From positions 1 through 51,133 of IMG/VR virus record IMGVR_UViG_3300020003_000002: 51,133 nt of DNA, one strand, 5' to 3'. The DNA comes from a virus. Taxonomy: Duplodnaviria > Caudoviricetes. A model generated the notes under the pieces. The model searched no databases, had not been told where the DNA came from, and saw only the letters and a list, made by a program, of their open reading frames with translations. Positions 36,476 to 45,025 of this stretch are shown here, one piece after another. How positions within the stretch are numbered: position 1 is the first letter of the stretch; the number at the start of each line of letters is the position of its first letter. The position numbers were made by a program, and so were the translations under genes.

Positions 36476-36552
36476 CGTGGACTCTCCCCGGAAAGACGGA
36501 AGACCCCGCCGGGGAGACGGGGCCCTCCTAACCCGCGCAGATCAGGCGCGGG

Positions 36553-36740
36553 GTGACTGATAGTTACTAGGTAACGCAGAGTGACCGTTCAGCCCCGAAG
36601 ATCATAAGTGCCCAGACTTACGCTCACAGCGAGGCGGGTTGGCCCGGGGTCAGCGGAGCGCGCTTGCTAGATTTTTTTCGGGGTCTGTTCCTCGCCTTTC
36701 TCGTCACTCTGCGTAACGAGAGGACGTAACGCTGTGTCAC
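36553..36740. promoter_or_regulatory. Four TNAC-N5-GTNA (BldD-box-like) sites
   Basis: 36553-36567, 36571-36585, 36703-36717, 36726-36740. Confidence 0.7.
36586..36702. other. Putative cos/packaging initiation region
   Basis: Non-coding stretch with T7 tract between the small packaging-type HNH and terS, the usual cos position; exact cut site not determinable. Confidence 0.5.
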
Positions 36741-36745
36741 TTCAG

Positions 36746-37081
36746 CTAGTCTCGTGCCCCTCTATTACATGCACTGTGCTCAATGCGATCAGCGCGTGAT
36801 GTGGGGTCGAGGCGTAGCCCTGTGCTGTGCCCTGCGTCCAACTCCTGCCCTGCCTGCATGGGCTGACCGCAGCGAGGACAGAGCTGGCCTAGCGCAGAGG
36901 GCAGCATGCGAGCACGGGCGGCTTGATGCTTCGTCCCGTAGCCACGTTGCGCAGTGGATCCGCGGTGGGCATCTCGTGCCCTGTTCCATGCCGTGGCACA
37001 AGCCGTGCACCGTGAGTCGGGTCGGTCGGTCAGGTTTGTGCAGTGCTGTCCATCCACGCCGAGGCACGGTCGCTTGGGCAT
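36746..37081 (-). CDS. Terminase-associated HNH-like endonuclease
   Basis: RGSTAQRGYG...CPRCG...LDAGH...EHSACNRG. Confidence 0.8.
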   Translation of the reverse strand: MPKRPCLGVDGQHCTNLTDRPDSRCTACATAWNRARDAHRGSTAQRGYGTKHQAARARMLPSALGQLCPRCGQPMQAGQELDAGHSTGLRLDPTSRADRIEHSACNRGARD

Positions 37082-37082
37082 G

Positions 37083-37244
37083 TCACCGTCCCGCGCGGAC
37101 TACCGCCTCAGCGGTCAACTCAGCAGCGATCTGGTCAAGGACCCACCGCACGACCCTGAGGGCGTCCGGGTCGTATCCGCTAAGCGTGTAGACACGGTCC
37201 AGGCGTTGGAAGCGCTCCAGTAGCTCCGTCGCGCGCGCGTTCAC
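37083..37244 (-). CDS. Small hypothetical protein
   Basis: GTGA overlap; 53 aa. Confidence 0.5.
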   Translation of the reverse strand: MNARATELLERFQRLDRVYTLSGYDPDALRVVRWVLDQIAAELTAEAVVRAGR

Positions 37245-37462
37245 GAGTGGCGCTCGTCGAGGTGCTTGCGTCCGACCGCGAGAAGGTCCGCCACGGTGGA
37301 CACGACGGCCACCTCCGGAACGTCCCGGTAGGCGGTGTAGCCCGGATACGGCAGCAGGTAGGCCAGCGGTCGGCCGCCGTCCCAACAGTCCAGGCATTCG
37401 AGGCCCACGCCGGTGTCCTCGTCGCCTACCAGGCGGATGCGGTCGAAGCCCCGAAGGTCCAC
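37241..37462 (-). CDS. Small CxxC hypothetical protein (start uncertain)
   Basis: GLECLDC; fills gap. Confidence 0.45.
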   Translation of the reverse strand: MDLRGFDRIRLVGDEDTGVGLECLDCWDGGRPLAYLLPYPGYTAYRDVPEVAVVSTVADLLAVGRKHLDERHS

Positions 37463-37473
37463 GTCAGTCGCCG

Positions 37474-37887
37474 CTAGAACGTGCCAGGCGCGGCGACAGT
37501 AATACCGGCTGCCGTGACGGTGACGTCGGAGTACTCGACGCTCATGGGCGGTGAGCACGACGGCTGGAACACGGCAACCAAAGTCAGCGAGAACAGGGCC
37601 GAACCATGCTGCACCGGGAAGTCGCCCTCCGCCGACACGGTCTGTTTGTTGGCCGCCTGCGGCTTGTTCCCGCCCGGGTTGACACACGCGGCGGTGGCGG
37701 ACAGCACCACGTGGACTTGCGGCTCGTCACCCAGGCCGGCGATCTTGCCGGTGGCGGTGAGGCTGTCCCCGTCGCGGGCGACGCTCAGGTGGTCGTCGAC
37801 GAAGTGGGCCGAACCGGCGTAGCCCACGCCGGCGGTGCCGATGATGATGGCGGCGACGAAGGTCAGGACGGTGAGTATGCGACGCAT
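37474..37887 (-). CDS. Small secreted beta-rich protein with two Cys
   Basis: Signal peptide MRRILTV...GYA; CVNPGG...CSPPM; GGAG RBS. Confidence 0.75.
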   Translation of the reverse strand: MRRILTVLTFVAAIIIGTAGVGYAGSAHFVDDHLSVARDGDSLTATGKIAGLGDEPQVHVVLSATAACVNPGGNKPQAANKQTVSAEGDFPVQHGSALFSLTLVAVFQPSCSPPMSVEYSDVTVTAAGITVAAPGTF

Positions 37888-37906
37888 GTGATGGTCTCCA
37901 GCGATG

Positions 37907-38170
37907 TCAGGCTACGGCGGGTTGGCGCCGGGACTGGGGTGAGCGGCGGGTGTGCTTCTCGGCGGCGAGCAGGTCGGCGTAGCGGTAGAGTCGCGCGCCT
38001 CGTTCGTCGGTTCCGACGATGCGGATGTGTCGGCGGTTGCCCTGCGGGTCGAGCCAACCACGCGCCACCCACATGCTGACCATGGCTGGGGTGACGTCGG
38101 AGCCAAGCTTGTCGACGGCTTGGGAGCGGGTCAGCCCAGCTTCGGGGTTGGCGATGTCGGGCACGCTCAC
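37907..38170 (-). CDS. MerR/BldC-like HTH DNA-binding protein
   Basis: LTRSQA...VTPAMVSMWVARGWL...LYRYADLL. Confidence 0.75.
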   Translation of the reverse strand: MSVPDIANPEAGLTRSQAVDKLGSDVTPAMVSMWVARGWLDPQGNRRHIRIVGTDERGARLYRYADLLAAEKHTRRSPQSRRQPAVA

Positions 38171-38260
38171 CCCCCGGACAGGAAGAAGCCCCGACCGGGG
38201 CCGGGGCTAATCGGGGACATGGTCGTCCGTGATGCGAGAGTAACACGATCATGGGCAGCG

Positions 38261-38830
38261 TCAAGCAGCGCCTCGATAACCCCACTCCCACGGTGCACGC
38301 CACGACAGCACAGGTCGTGCAGCCGCGAGCACTACCTCTTTTGCTTTGATCTTGGCGGGCGCACGACGACAAGCCGAGCACCGACGACCTACCGCCCGAC
38401 CGTCGACGCTGGTATGGCCGTTTCGACATGAAGTAACGACCTTGCTCACGCGGCCTTCGCGTCGCTTCGCCGTCCGGCGGCGGTCACGCTCACGCGTGCA
38501 CGCCACGCAATAGCGGCCACGGCCGTGCCCTGTGGGCTTAACGTTGTCCCCCGCTAGAGCGTGACCGCGTATGCAGTACTGCGGCAACGGGCGTAGCGCG
38601 CTCCAATGATCGACCTCTTCAAGCGTCAGCGTCTTCGCCATCGCCCTCGGTTTACGCCCGTGATTCCGTCGGCTCTGAATCTCCCGGTTGAGGGCTCGGA
38701 GCAAAAGGATCGCCTCGCGTACCCGAGGATCATCAACACCCCCGACCAGGCGGCGATCGCGGCACGCCGCCACAGTCACCGCGAGACGGGCCAAGTACTC
38801 CTCCCTGGATTCGCCTACCCTCATGCTCAC
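38261..38830 (-). CDS. Basic Zn-finger protein with C..GH...C..C repeats
   Basis: CIRGH...CVAC and CRNGH...CSAC. Confidence 0.6.
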   Translation of the reverse strand: MSMRVGESREEYLARLAVTVAACRDRRLVGGVDDPRVREAILLLRALNREIQSRRNHGRKPRAMAKTLTLEEVDHWSALRPLPQYCIRGHALAGDNVKPTGHGRGRYCVACTRERDRRRTAKRREGRVSKVVTSCRNGHTSVDGRAVGRRCSACRRAPAKIKAKEVVLAAARPVLSWRAPWEWGYRGAA

Positions 38831-39066
38831 GACGCCGTCTCCAGCATGGCAATCGGCTTCCGGTTGCCGGTCATCTGCTGGTACTCGATCTGTAGCTTCA
38901 GCGTCGTAAGGATCTTCCCGGCTGCGTTGGAGATCGCGTTGACGTTCGACGCTGAAGTGCGGTCGCCACGCATGTCGTCGATTGCCTCGGACAGGACTAC
39001 TCGCAACTCATCGATGCTGTAGGAGTGCTCCCGTGCGTCTTTCTGTGCCGTTGGCTCGGTGGACAT
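38827..39066 (-). CDS. Hypothetical protein (79 aa)
   Basis: AAAGGAGAG RBS. Confidence 0.75.
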   Translation of the reverse strand: MSTEPTAQKDAREHSYSIDELRVVLSEAIDDMRGDRTSASNVNAISNAAGKILTTLKLQIEYQQMTGNRKPIAMLETAS

Positions 39067-39117
39067 TTGGTACTCTCCTTTGTGGGGTTGGGCCCTCGCC
39101 TTGCGGGGGCCCTTCTT

Positions 39118-39960
39118 CTATTCGGCTAGTGCCATTCGCCGCGTGGTCGCGGCGACCATTCGTACCCAGCGGTCGTACTCGTCCGGTCGGTAGATCAATC
39201 CGCAGCTATGGCAGTCGACATCACCGCTCCCGTCCGGTCGACGCCACAGGTTGCGTTCGTCGCACTTGCGGCACGGCACGCCGTGGCACAACTCCGGCGC
39301 TGGGTCCCGTTCCCGCAGGACGGTGATCAGCCGGCCGTGCAGGCTGCGCATCTCGCCGATGAACTCGTCCATGGCGAGGTGGTGCTTGGCGGCCCATTCC
39401 AGCCGGGCCCGCAACCACCGCAGGGTGGCGCCTACGCCCGGGTCTGGTAGGCGCTCTGTGGCGATCTCAGCCCAGTCCCTGGCCCACGTCTCAAGGACGG
39501 CGGCAACGGAGGGCTGGCCGGTCTGGTCGTGCCACTCGTCATGCACGGCGCCGAGGCGGGCCGGGGCGAGCAGGTCGTGGATGTCGAGGCTGATCGGCGA
39601 GGACGGGTCGGGGGTGCCGGACACGCGTGGCTGACCGGATCCGCTAACAGGTCCGGCCGGATTGCCGTTGGCCACCGGGTCACGCGGTTTGATCAAGAGC
39701 CAGCCCGTGGGTTGGCCGTCGTCGTCGAGTTCGGGGGCGAGGTAGGTCCGCCCGTCCCGCACGTCGGGCTCGCCGGCTAGCAGCCGGTCGTAGAGCTCGC
39801 CAATGTCGACCAGGGTCGCATCGGCCCGCTGGTAGCAGCGTTCGCACAGCCGCCCGACGGTGGCGACGGCGGGCAGGCAGCCGCGGCACTGCTCGCCGCC
39901 GCAACCGTTCGTGTGACGGCGCGGCAGGGCGCATCGGGGTGCGATGCAGAGCAGGGTCAT
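39118..39960 (-). CDS. Zn-finger protein at end of early operon (possible late regulator)
   Basis: N-terminal Cys cluster, C-terminal PCRKC...CHSCG; ATGA overlap. Confidence 0.7.
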   Translation of the reverse strand: MTLLCIAPRCALPRRHTNGCGGEQCRGCLPAVATVGRLCERCYQRADATLVDIGELYDRLLAGEPDVRDGRTYLAPELDDDGQPTGWLLIKPRDPVANGNPAGPVSGSGQPRVSGTPDPSSPISLDIHDLLAPARLGAVHDEWHDQTGQPSVAAVLETWARDWAEIATERLPDPGVGATLRWLRARLEWAAKHHLAMDEFIGEMRSLHGRLITVLRERDPAPELCHGVPCRKCDERNLWRRPDGSGDVDCHSCGLIYRPDEYDRWVRMVAATTRRMALAE

Positions 39961-40081
39961 CGCGGCCCCGCACATCGACGACATGGGCACGGCGTCCACC
40001 GAGCCGGATGCCTTGACCGTCCACGCCGCCGCATCCGATCGGCCACCGCAGCGACGCCCGCCATCATCACGACAAGATCGC

Positions 40082-40180
40082 TCATCGCCAACTCCTCTTC
40101 AGCAGCCAGACGATGATCGCGGCCGTGATGCACAGGATGAAGACGATGTCTTCGGCCCTGTCCCAGGCGTAGTCGTTCAT
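40082..40180 (-). CDS. 32-aa single-TM peptide (not in ORF track)
   Basis: MNDYAWDRAEDIVFILCITAAIIVWLLKRSWR; ATGA overlaps at both ends. Confidence 0.55.
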   Translation of the reverse strand: MNDYAWDRAEDIVFILCITAAIIVWLLKRSWR

Positions 40181-40395
40181 GGTCGATTCCCCTGCCGAAC
40201 CATCCAGCGCCGCCACCACGGCACCAGCGCGACCACCTCAAGCGCCCGCCGCTGCGCGTCGTACTTGGCGTCCATCTCCTCGTTGAACTCCTGCTGCAGG
40301 GCGGCCATCCGCTCACGCCACGAGTCGGTGTGCGCCAGCCCTCGGTTCTTCTCGCCGCTGTACCTGGCTAGGGCTGCCACTAGGTACTCATCCAT
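40177..40395 (-). CDS. Hypothetical protein
   Basis: MDEYLVA start, TGATG overlap. Confidence 0.55.
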   Translation of the reverse strand: MDEYLVAALARYSGEKNRGLAHTDSWRERMAALQQEFNEEMDAKYDAQRRALEVVALVPWWRRWMVRQGNRP

Positions 40396-40589
40396 CACGC
40401 CTCCGCCTTGGCCATGCCGATCGCGCCACAGCCCTCGGCGGCCGACGAGGCGGACACTCTGGGCAGCGGCGTCTTGACGGTGCGGGTGATGCGGCCCCAC
40501 ATCCAACGGCCAGGTTGGTCGTAGGTCGAGACATCGACCCGGTAGGCGTCGGCGGGTTGGCCGCAGCGGTCACAGATCACCCCAGTCAT
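40395..40589 (-). CDS. Small CxxC protein
   Basis: MTGVICDRCG; ATGA overlap. Confidence 0.5.
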   Translation of the reverse strand: MTGVICDRCGQPADAYRVDVSTYDQPGRWMWGRITRTVKTPLPRVSASSAAEGCGAIGMAKAEA

Positions 40590-40789
40590 GGCCGCACCAC
40601 CTTGATCCCAACCTTGGTGTGTGCCGGTAGCATCCCGATCTTCACCGACACCGGCACTTCGGGCAGCGCCCACACCGCGACCCACCGATGAATCCCGTCG
40701 TGGTAGCCCCGGTAGGTGCACTCGACGGGGATCTCTGTCCCATCGGCCATGATCGCCCGGACGTTTTCGGGTGGCATCGGCTCGCTCAC
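40586..40789 (-). CDS. Hypothetical protein
   Basis: GTGA overlap; PPENVRAIMADGTEIPVEC. Confidence 0.6.
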   Translation of the reverse strand: MSEPMPPENVRAIMADGTEIPVECTYRGYHDGIHRWVAVWALPEVPVSVKIGMLPAHTKVGIKVVRP

Positions 40790-41247
40790 GTCCCACCCTC
40801 CCCACCCACGGTCGCCCCAGCGGCAAGGGCGTCGGGTGGAATCCGAAGCGGGTCGACGAGGTTCAGGTACTCCCACGGCATCCGATCTATCGCGGTGACA
40901 ATCGCCTGGAACTGGTCGTTCCGCGGGTCCTCATCGAGCACATACGCGCGGGTGGCCTCGACAACTGGACGCCAGGCCTCCACCACCGCCTGCATCCGTG
41001 CTGTCTGCTTCCGCTCCTCGGCGAGGCTGGCGAGGGCGGCGTCACGCTCGTTGACTACCGCGACATAGAGCTTGACTCCGGCGGACACCTCGCGGTGAGC
41101 GCGGTCCCGTTCGGTCATCACCCGCACGTAGTCCTGGGCCAGCCGGTCCCGTTCGGCGGTGAGCCGTCCGATCTCGGCGAACCACTCGGCGTGGTCGTGG
41201 GCGAAGCCTTCGGAATCAACCGCGGCTTGACAGCATCCGTCGCTCAT
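40786..41247 (-). CDS. Coiled-coil hypothetical protein
   Basis: Repeated ERD heptads; ATGA overlap. Confidence 0.65.
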   Translation of the reverse strand: MSDGCCQAAVDSEGFAHDHAEWFAEIGRLTAERDRLAQDYVRVMTERDRAHREVSAGVKLYVAVVNERDAALASLAEERKQTARMQAVVEAWRPVVEATRAYVLDEDPRNDQFQAIVTAIDRMPWEYLNLVDPLRIPPDALAAGATVGGEGGT

Positions 41248-41570
41248 GGTGTGGTCCTCTCGGGTTGGGGGATAGCGACTGGCTCGGTTTCGATGATCAG
41301 CCGGTGCTCGAGGTCGGTCGCCCGGTGGGGTCGGTTGTTGAGCTGCCACGTCAGCCACACCTCAGCCTCGTCGCGGTCTTCTGTCCAACTGGCGTAGGAC
41401 GTGACGCGGCCACCGGGTTCGACGCAGCGGATCCGCCACTCTTCGCGGACGGTGCAGGTGGCCAGGGCGGCGGTGAGGGCCTCGCGTGCGACGCGGGTGA
41501 CGGTCGCTTGGTCGCGTAGCGCCAGCACAACGTCCGCCGCGGCTTGGATCATGGCTTCGGGGATGTTCAT
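41244..41570 (-). CDS. Hypothetical protein
   Basis: MNIPEAM start; ATGA overlap. Confidence 0.65.
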   Translation of the reverse strand: MNIPEAMIQAAADVVLALRDQATVTRVAREALTAALATCTVREEWRIRCVEPGGRVTSYASWTEDRDEAEVWLTWQLNNRPHRATDLEHRLIIETEPVAIPQPERTTP

Positions 41571-41896
41571 GGTGTGCCGTCCTTGGCCGTCAGCGTCAGG
41601 TCGCAGCCCGACAGCCGCGCCGTTGCGCAGTGCGGTCCGCAGCCCGGGTCGCGTGGTGTGCGCCAGCCGGCGGTCATGCCGGCCAGAACGCCGTACCACC
41701 GGCCGCTGCGGCGGGCTTGCCGTTTGCACTCGGCCAGGACGCCGCAGTGGTTGTTGCACAGGTGCGCCGCCTGTTGCTGCTCGGCGAAGGTTTCGGCGTC
41801 GAACAGGTCCCATTGGCCGTGGCAGGCGGCGCGTGGCAGCCAGTCCAGGCCGCGGTCAGGTTCCAGACCCCAGGCGGTGCGGGTGAGGGTGGTCAT
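41567..41896 (-). CDS. whiB: WhiB-family transcription factor
   Basis: DWLPRAAC...LCNNHCGVLAEC...YGVLAG (four Cys plus GVWGG-like turn). Confidence 0.8.
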   Translation of the reverse strand: MTTLTRTAWGLEPDRGLDWLPRAACHGQWDLFDAETFAEQQQAAHLCNNHCGVLAECKRQARRSGRWYGVLAGMTAGWRTPRDPGCGPHCATARLSGCDLTLTAKDGTP

Positions 41897-42426
41897 GCGG
41901 CACGTCCCTTGTGAATCTTGTTGATGCGCGGCAGGACGCATGATGAGCACCCGCCAGAGCCGTCATCGGTGAAGGGGTGGGGTTTGGGGAGCGCGTCGCT
42001 TGAGTGCGCGCCCTTACCCCCTTTAGGGGGGGTAAAGGGAGAGCGGATTCCCGCGTCTTGTCCCGCGGGACGTCCGCGTCTTGTCCGCGTCTTGTCCCGC
42101 GTGGACACGTTTTGTTTCTCTCGGTACCTCGCTTTCCTCTCAGTTTCGGCCTTTCGACGTGCACGTACCTGCTCGGCGCTCTCGTTGCGCTCCAGGTAGT
42201 GCGGCATAGACCAACCACCCTCAGCGGCCTCCCACAGGCCGGCGTCCACCAGCTTCCGGGCCAACTCCGGAGATGCGATGCCCAACGCGACCTCGGCCGG
42301 GATGAACCCGTCGCTGCTGTTTCGCGCTGACCATGCACCCAACCGGCAGTAGGCCCCGAAGGCGGCGTTACCGCTGCGAGCCACCGGAGTGCAGTTGTCC
42401 CACCCATCGTCGATAGAGAAAGCCAC
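41893..42426 (-). CDS. Replication initiator-like protein
   Basis: IDD...DGFIP...LVDAGLWE...GGW...Y...N N-domain typical of actinophage Rep-like proteins; internal direct repeats. Confidence 0.72.
   Translation of the reverse strand: MAFSIDDGWDNCTPVARSGNAAFGAYCRLGAWSARNSSDGFIPAEVALGIASPELARKLVDAGLWEAAEGGWSMPHYLERNESAEQVRARRKAETERKARYREKQNVSTRDKTRTRRGRPAGQDAGIRSPFTPPKGGKGAHSSDALPKPHPFTDDGSGGCSSCVLPRINKIHKGRAA
42011..42100. repeat. Iteron-like repeats plus hairpin, candidate replication origin
   Basis: CCGCGTCTTGT at 42051, 42074, 42085; hairpin at 42011-42039. Confidence 0.65.
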
Positions 42427-42439
42427 GTCACCCCCCGTC

Positions 42440-43249
42440 CTACTTGGGATCCGGCACGGCGACTGGGCCGCCTCGGTCGCGCAGCGGTAGGGCGTTCACC
42501 TTGGTCCGCGAACGCCAGTAGTTCCAGCTTCGGAAGATGAGGCTTAGGTAGTCGGAACGGGTAACGACCCGACCGTTACGCCGGACTTCGGTGAGACGGT
42601 TGAGTAGCGCCAGGATCGCGTCACCGGCCCGCAGGTCAGTCTTGGTGGCTAGCGTCGTCATGAACCGTTCAGTGTCATCGGGGTCGACGCGGGAGAGGAT
42701 CCAGCAGGCGAGTGCAACCACCGATGCCGGGGCATCGATTCCACGGCGATATCCATGCGACATGTCCACAGCGGTCTTTAGATCGGGGTTCTCGTCAACG
42801 AAGGCGAGGATCTCGGAGTGGGTTGGCCGCATCGCGCCCGCTGCGTCAATGGACAGGCCACCGGAGTGCAGGATCGCGAGTCGCGCCGTGGCGGCAAGTG
42901 CGGAGTACGAGGTCTCGCCGCGCATCCTGAAAGCGTCGCCCGCTGTCCGCGAGGCACCAGCATCGATTACGTCCTGGATTTGCTCGGCAAGGCCGCGGAC
43001 GATGAGCATCTTCACCGTCACGCCTGACTGGATGACGGCGTGAAGCCGGTGCTGTCCGTCGAGCAGTCGACCACTCCTAGCGAACTTGATGGCCTCGCCG
43101 GACAGGTGCCAGTTGCCCGCTGCCATGTCGCGCGCGTATGCCGCGACAACCCGCTGTCGGATGTTCCTGTTGCGTTCGTTCTTGCCCAACCACGTCTCTG
43201 CGGTTGGTGGGCTCACGTCCTGGACGCTGGCTTCAATCTTCTCGTTCAT
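42440..43249 (-). CDS. ParB/Srx-like protein with DGQHR motif
   Basis: NRN...YARDM..G.W...LLDGQHRL.AV. Confidence 0.75.
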   Translation of the reverse strand: MNEKIEASVQDVSPPTAETWLGKNERNRNIRQRVVAAYARDMAAGNWHLSGEAIKFARSGRLLDGQHRLHAVIQSGVTVKMLIVRGLAEQIQDVIDAGASRTAGDAFRMRGETSYSALAATARLAILHSGGLSIDAAGAMRPTHSEILAFVDENPDLKTAVDMSHGYRRGIDAPASVVALACWILSRVDPDDTERFMTTLATKTDLRAGDAILALLNRLTEVRRNGRVVTRSDYLSLIFRSWNYWRSRTKVNALPLRDRGGPVAVPDPK

Positions 43250-44130
43250 TCGGTACTCTCCTTGTGTTGGCTAGGAACTCGGTCGACTGCTTTGGCCAGC
43301 AGGTCGAGCGCTCTCAGCAGGTCGTGACGATTCATTCGCGCGACCTGCTCTGCGTTGTAGGGAAAGCGCTCGTCGGTCGTAAGCCGATCAAGGCGCTCAG
43401 CTATTCGGACAAGGTCACCGGTCGCCCGGTCGAACGCCTTCGTTAGATGCATGCGGGTCTTCCTGGGCGGCGCTTTGACCTCTGACGATGGACCCACCTC
43501 CTTGCCGTCCCTCCATTTCTCGTAGACGGGCTTCACCGTCCCCGTCCGATCCATCTCGTCGAGAGCGCGCTGAGCACGCTCTCTCTCTGCCTCGTCGGCA
43601 GCCTCGTCGGTGGCGACGGCATGAACTTGACGAACGCGGCCGAGGGTGGCTGGTGAGACCCCCAGCGCCGTGGCGACAGCGTTTCGCGAATCGAACTGAG
43701 GCAAGTCGTTGTTCCCGGGAACAACGACTTGCCTTCGCCCACCCCGCGCATTTCCCTCGCGCCGAGCCGCCTCCGCTTTGGGCCGCTCCAGTGCCAACAG
43801 TTCGTCACTAAGCGAAGCCAACTCAGACGGTCGCATATCCTCCCGGCAGGTGTTCTCATCTCGCTCTGCCCGCAACGCGGCGGAGACCTCTGCCAGATCG
43901 ACTCGATAGACCGCACGAACTACGTCCTTACCCAGTCGACGCAGGGCGGCAATTCGCCGCCCACCGGCTATGAGGCGATTGTCCGGGCCGAGGACAATCG
44001 GTTGGAGCTGGCCAACATCCGCGATCGACTTCGCAAGTTTGCCGATGTCACCCATCTCTCGCCGATGGCGGCCATCCATACGGACTGACTCGATACGGAC
44101 CAGCACTACCCGCTCATCCACTGGATTCAC
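43246..44130 (-). CDS. ParB N-terminal domain plus HTH protein
   Basis: LAKSI...GQLQPI...LIAGGRR...EN..RED; VATALGVSPATL. Confidence 0.85.
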   Translation of the reverse strand: MNPVDERVVLVRIESVRMDGRHRREMGDIGKLAKSIADVGQLQPIVLGPDNRLIAGGRRIAALRRLGKDVVRAVYRVDLAEVSAALRAERDENTCREDMRPSELASLSDELLALERPKAEAARREGNARGGRRQVVVPGNNDLPQFDSRNAVATALGVSPATLGRVRQVHAVATDEAADEAERERAQRALDEMDRTGTVKPVYEKWRDGKEVGPSSEVKAPPRKTRMHLTKAFDRATGDLVRIAERLDRLTTDERFPYNAEQVARMNRHDLLRALDLLAKAVDRVPSQHKESTE

Positions 44131-44290
44131 CTAACCTCCGGTCCTCGGCCTCGCGTTCGTCTTCGCTGCGCTCCAGCAGCTGGTGCACCTTCGCGTCCTG
44201 AGTAGATCCACAGTCGTCACAGATCCAACGCTGCCGGTAGTCCCGGTATCGGCTGTAACGGAACGGGTGAACCCGCAGAGGCTCGGTCAC
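44114..44290 (-). CDS. 58-aa Zn-finger protein (not in ORF track)
   Basis: HPF...WICDDCG...VH; GTGA overlap. Confidence 0.55.
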   Translation of the reverse strand: MTEPLRVHPFRYSRYRDYRQRWICDDCGSTQDAKVHQLLERSEDEREAEDRRLGESSG

Positions 44291-44556
44291 GGCGCAGCCT
44301 TCGTTCTTGAGCCGGAGCAGGTGTCGAACCCGTGGCGGTGCAGAGGCAGCAACCCGGCCACCGACAGGGCGTAGTCCTTACCGCACGTCGAGCACCGAGC
44401 ACGTCCCGGTGAGGGCCGTCGTTGGCGCATTCCGTGCCGTCCGCACACCGGCAGCCAGCCGTGCTCGGGACTCTGCCGTTCGGCCACGGCAACCTCGTCA
44501 CAGCCGCCCCAGTCGCAGGTGTAGCCGGAGTCTTCAGTCAGCGGACGGGTGATCAT
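44287..44556 (-). CDS. Zn-finger hypothetical protein
   Basis: CDWGGC...C..H and CSTC...H...C. Confidence 0.6.
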   Translation of the reverse strand: MITRPLTEDSGYTCDWGGCDEVAVAERQSPEHGWLPVCGRHGMRQRRPSPGRARCSTCGKDYALSVAGLLPLHRHGFDTCSGSRTKAAP

Positions 44557-44885
44557 GCCGCGTCCTGCCGGTACCGCTGCACAGTGCGCCACGACACCCC
44601 GAGCCGTACCCCGATCTGCCGCGCCGTGTACCCGCGCCTCGTCAGCTCGCTAGCGACGAGGCGCCGCTCCGGGACGCTGAGTCGAACCCGGTCGCCGTAC
44701 ATGGCCCGCTCGACGGCAATCTCGTCGATGTCGTTGGGCCGGTACTTCCCTGCCGGGCGTTCGCCGGGTAGGTAGCGCACCCGCCAGTACACGCGCATCG
44801 CCTCACGGGCTTTGGGGCAGCGGCAGCGGGCGTGCTTGTAGGCGCTGGCGGTGCCGTGACGACTCGCCTGGCAGAGTTCGCTCAT
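44553..44885 (-). CDS. HTH DNA-binding protein
   Basis: HGTASAY...CRC; DEIAVERA; TARQIGVRLGVSWRTVQRYR. Confidence 0.8.
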   Translation of the reverse strand: MSELCQASRHGTASAYKHARCRCPKAREAMRVYWRVRYLPGERPAGKYRPNDIDEIAVERAMYGDRVRLSVPERRLVASELTRRGYTARQIGVRLGVSWRTVQRYRQDAA

Positions 44886-45025
44886 CGCGGCCCCCTGCAC
44901 GGACACTGACCCTTGCCGTCCATGTGGCTGCACGGCCCGCGGCGCTTCGCCTTGGACGAGACGATGAGCTGATGCACCACGACAAAATGTCCACATTGGC
45001 ACCGGGCAGTGTCGGGTGTGGTCAT
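44882..45025 (-). CDS. Small Cys/His protein
   Basis: CQCGH....H...C...CPC; coupled. Confidence 0.5.
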   Translation of the reverse strand: MTTPDTARCQCGHFVVVHQLIVSSKAKRRGPCSHMDGKGQCPCRGPR

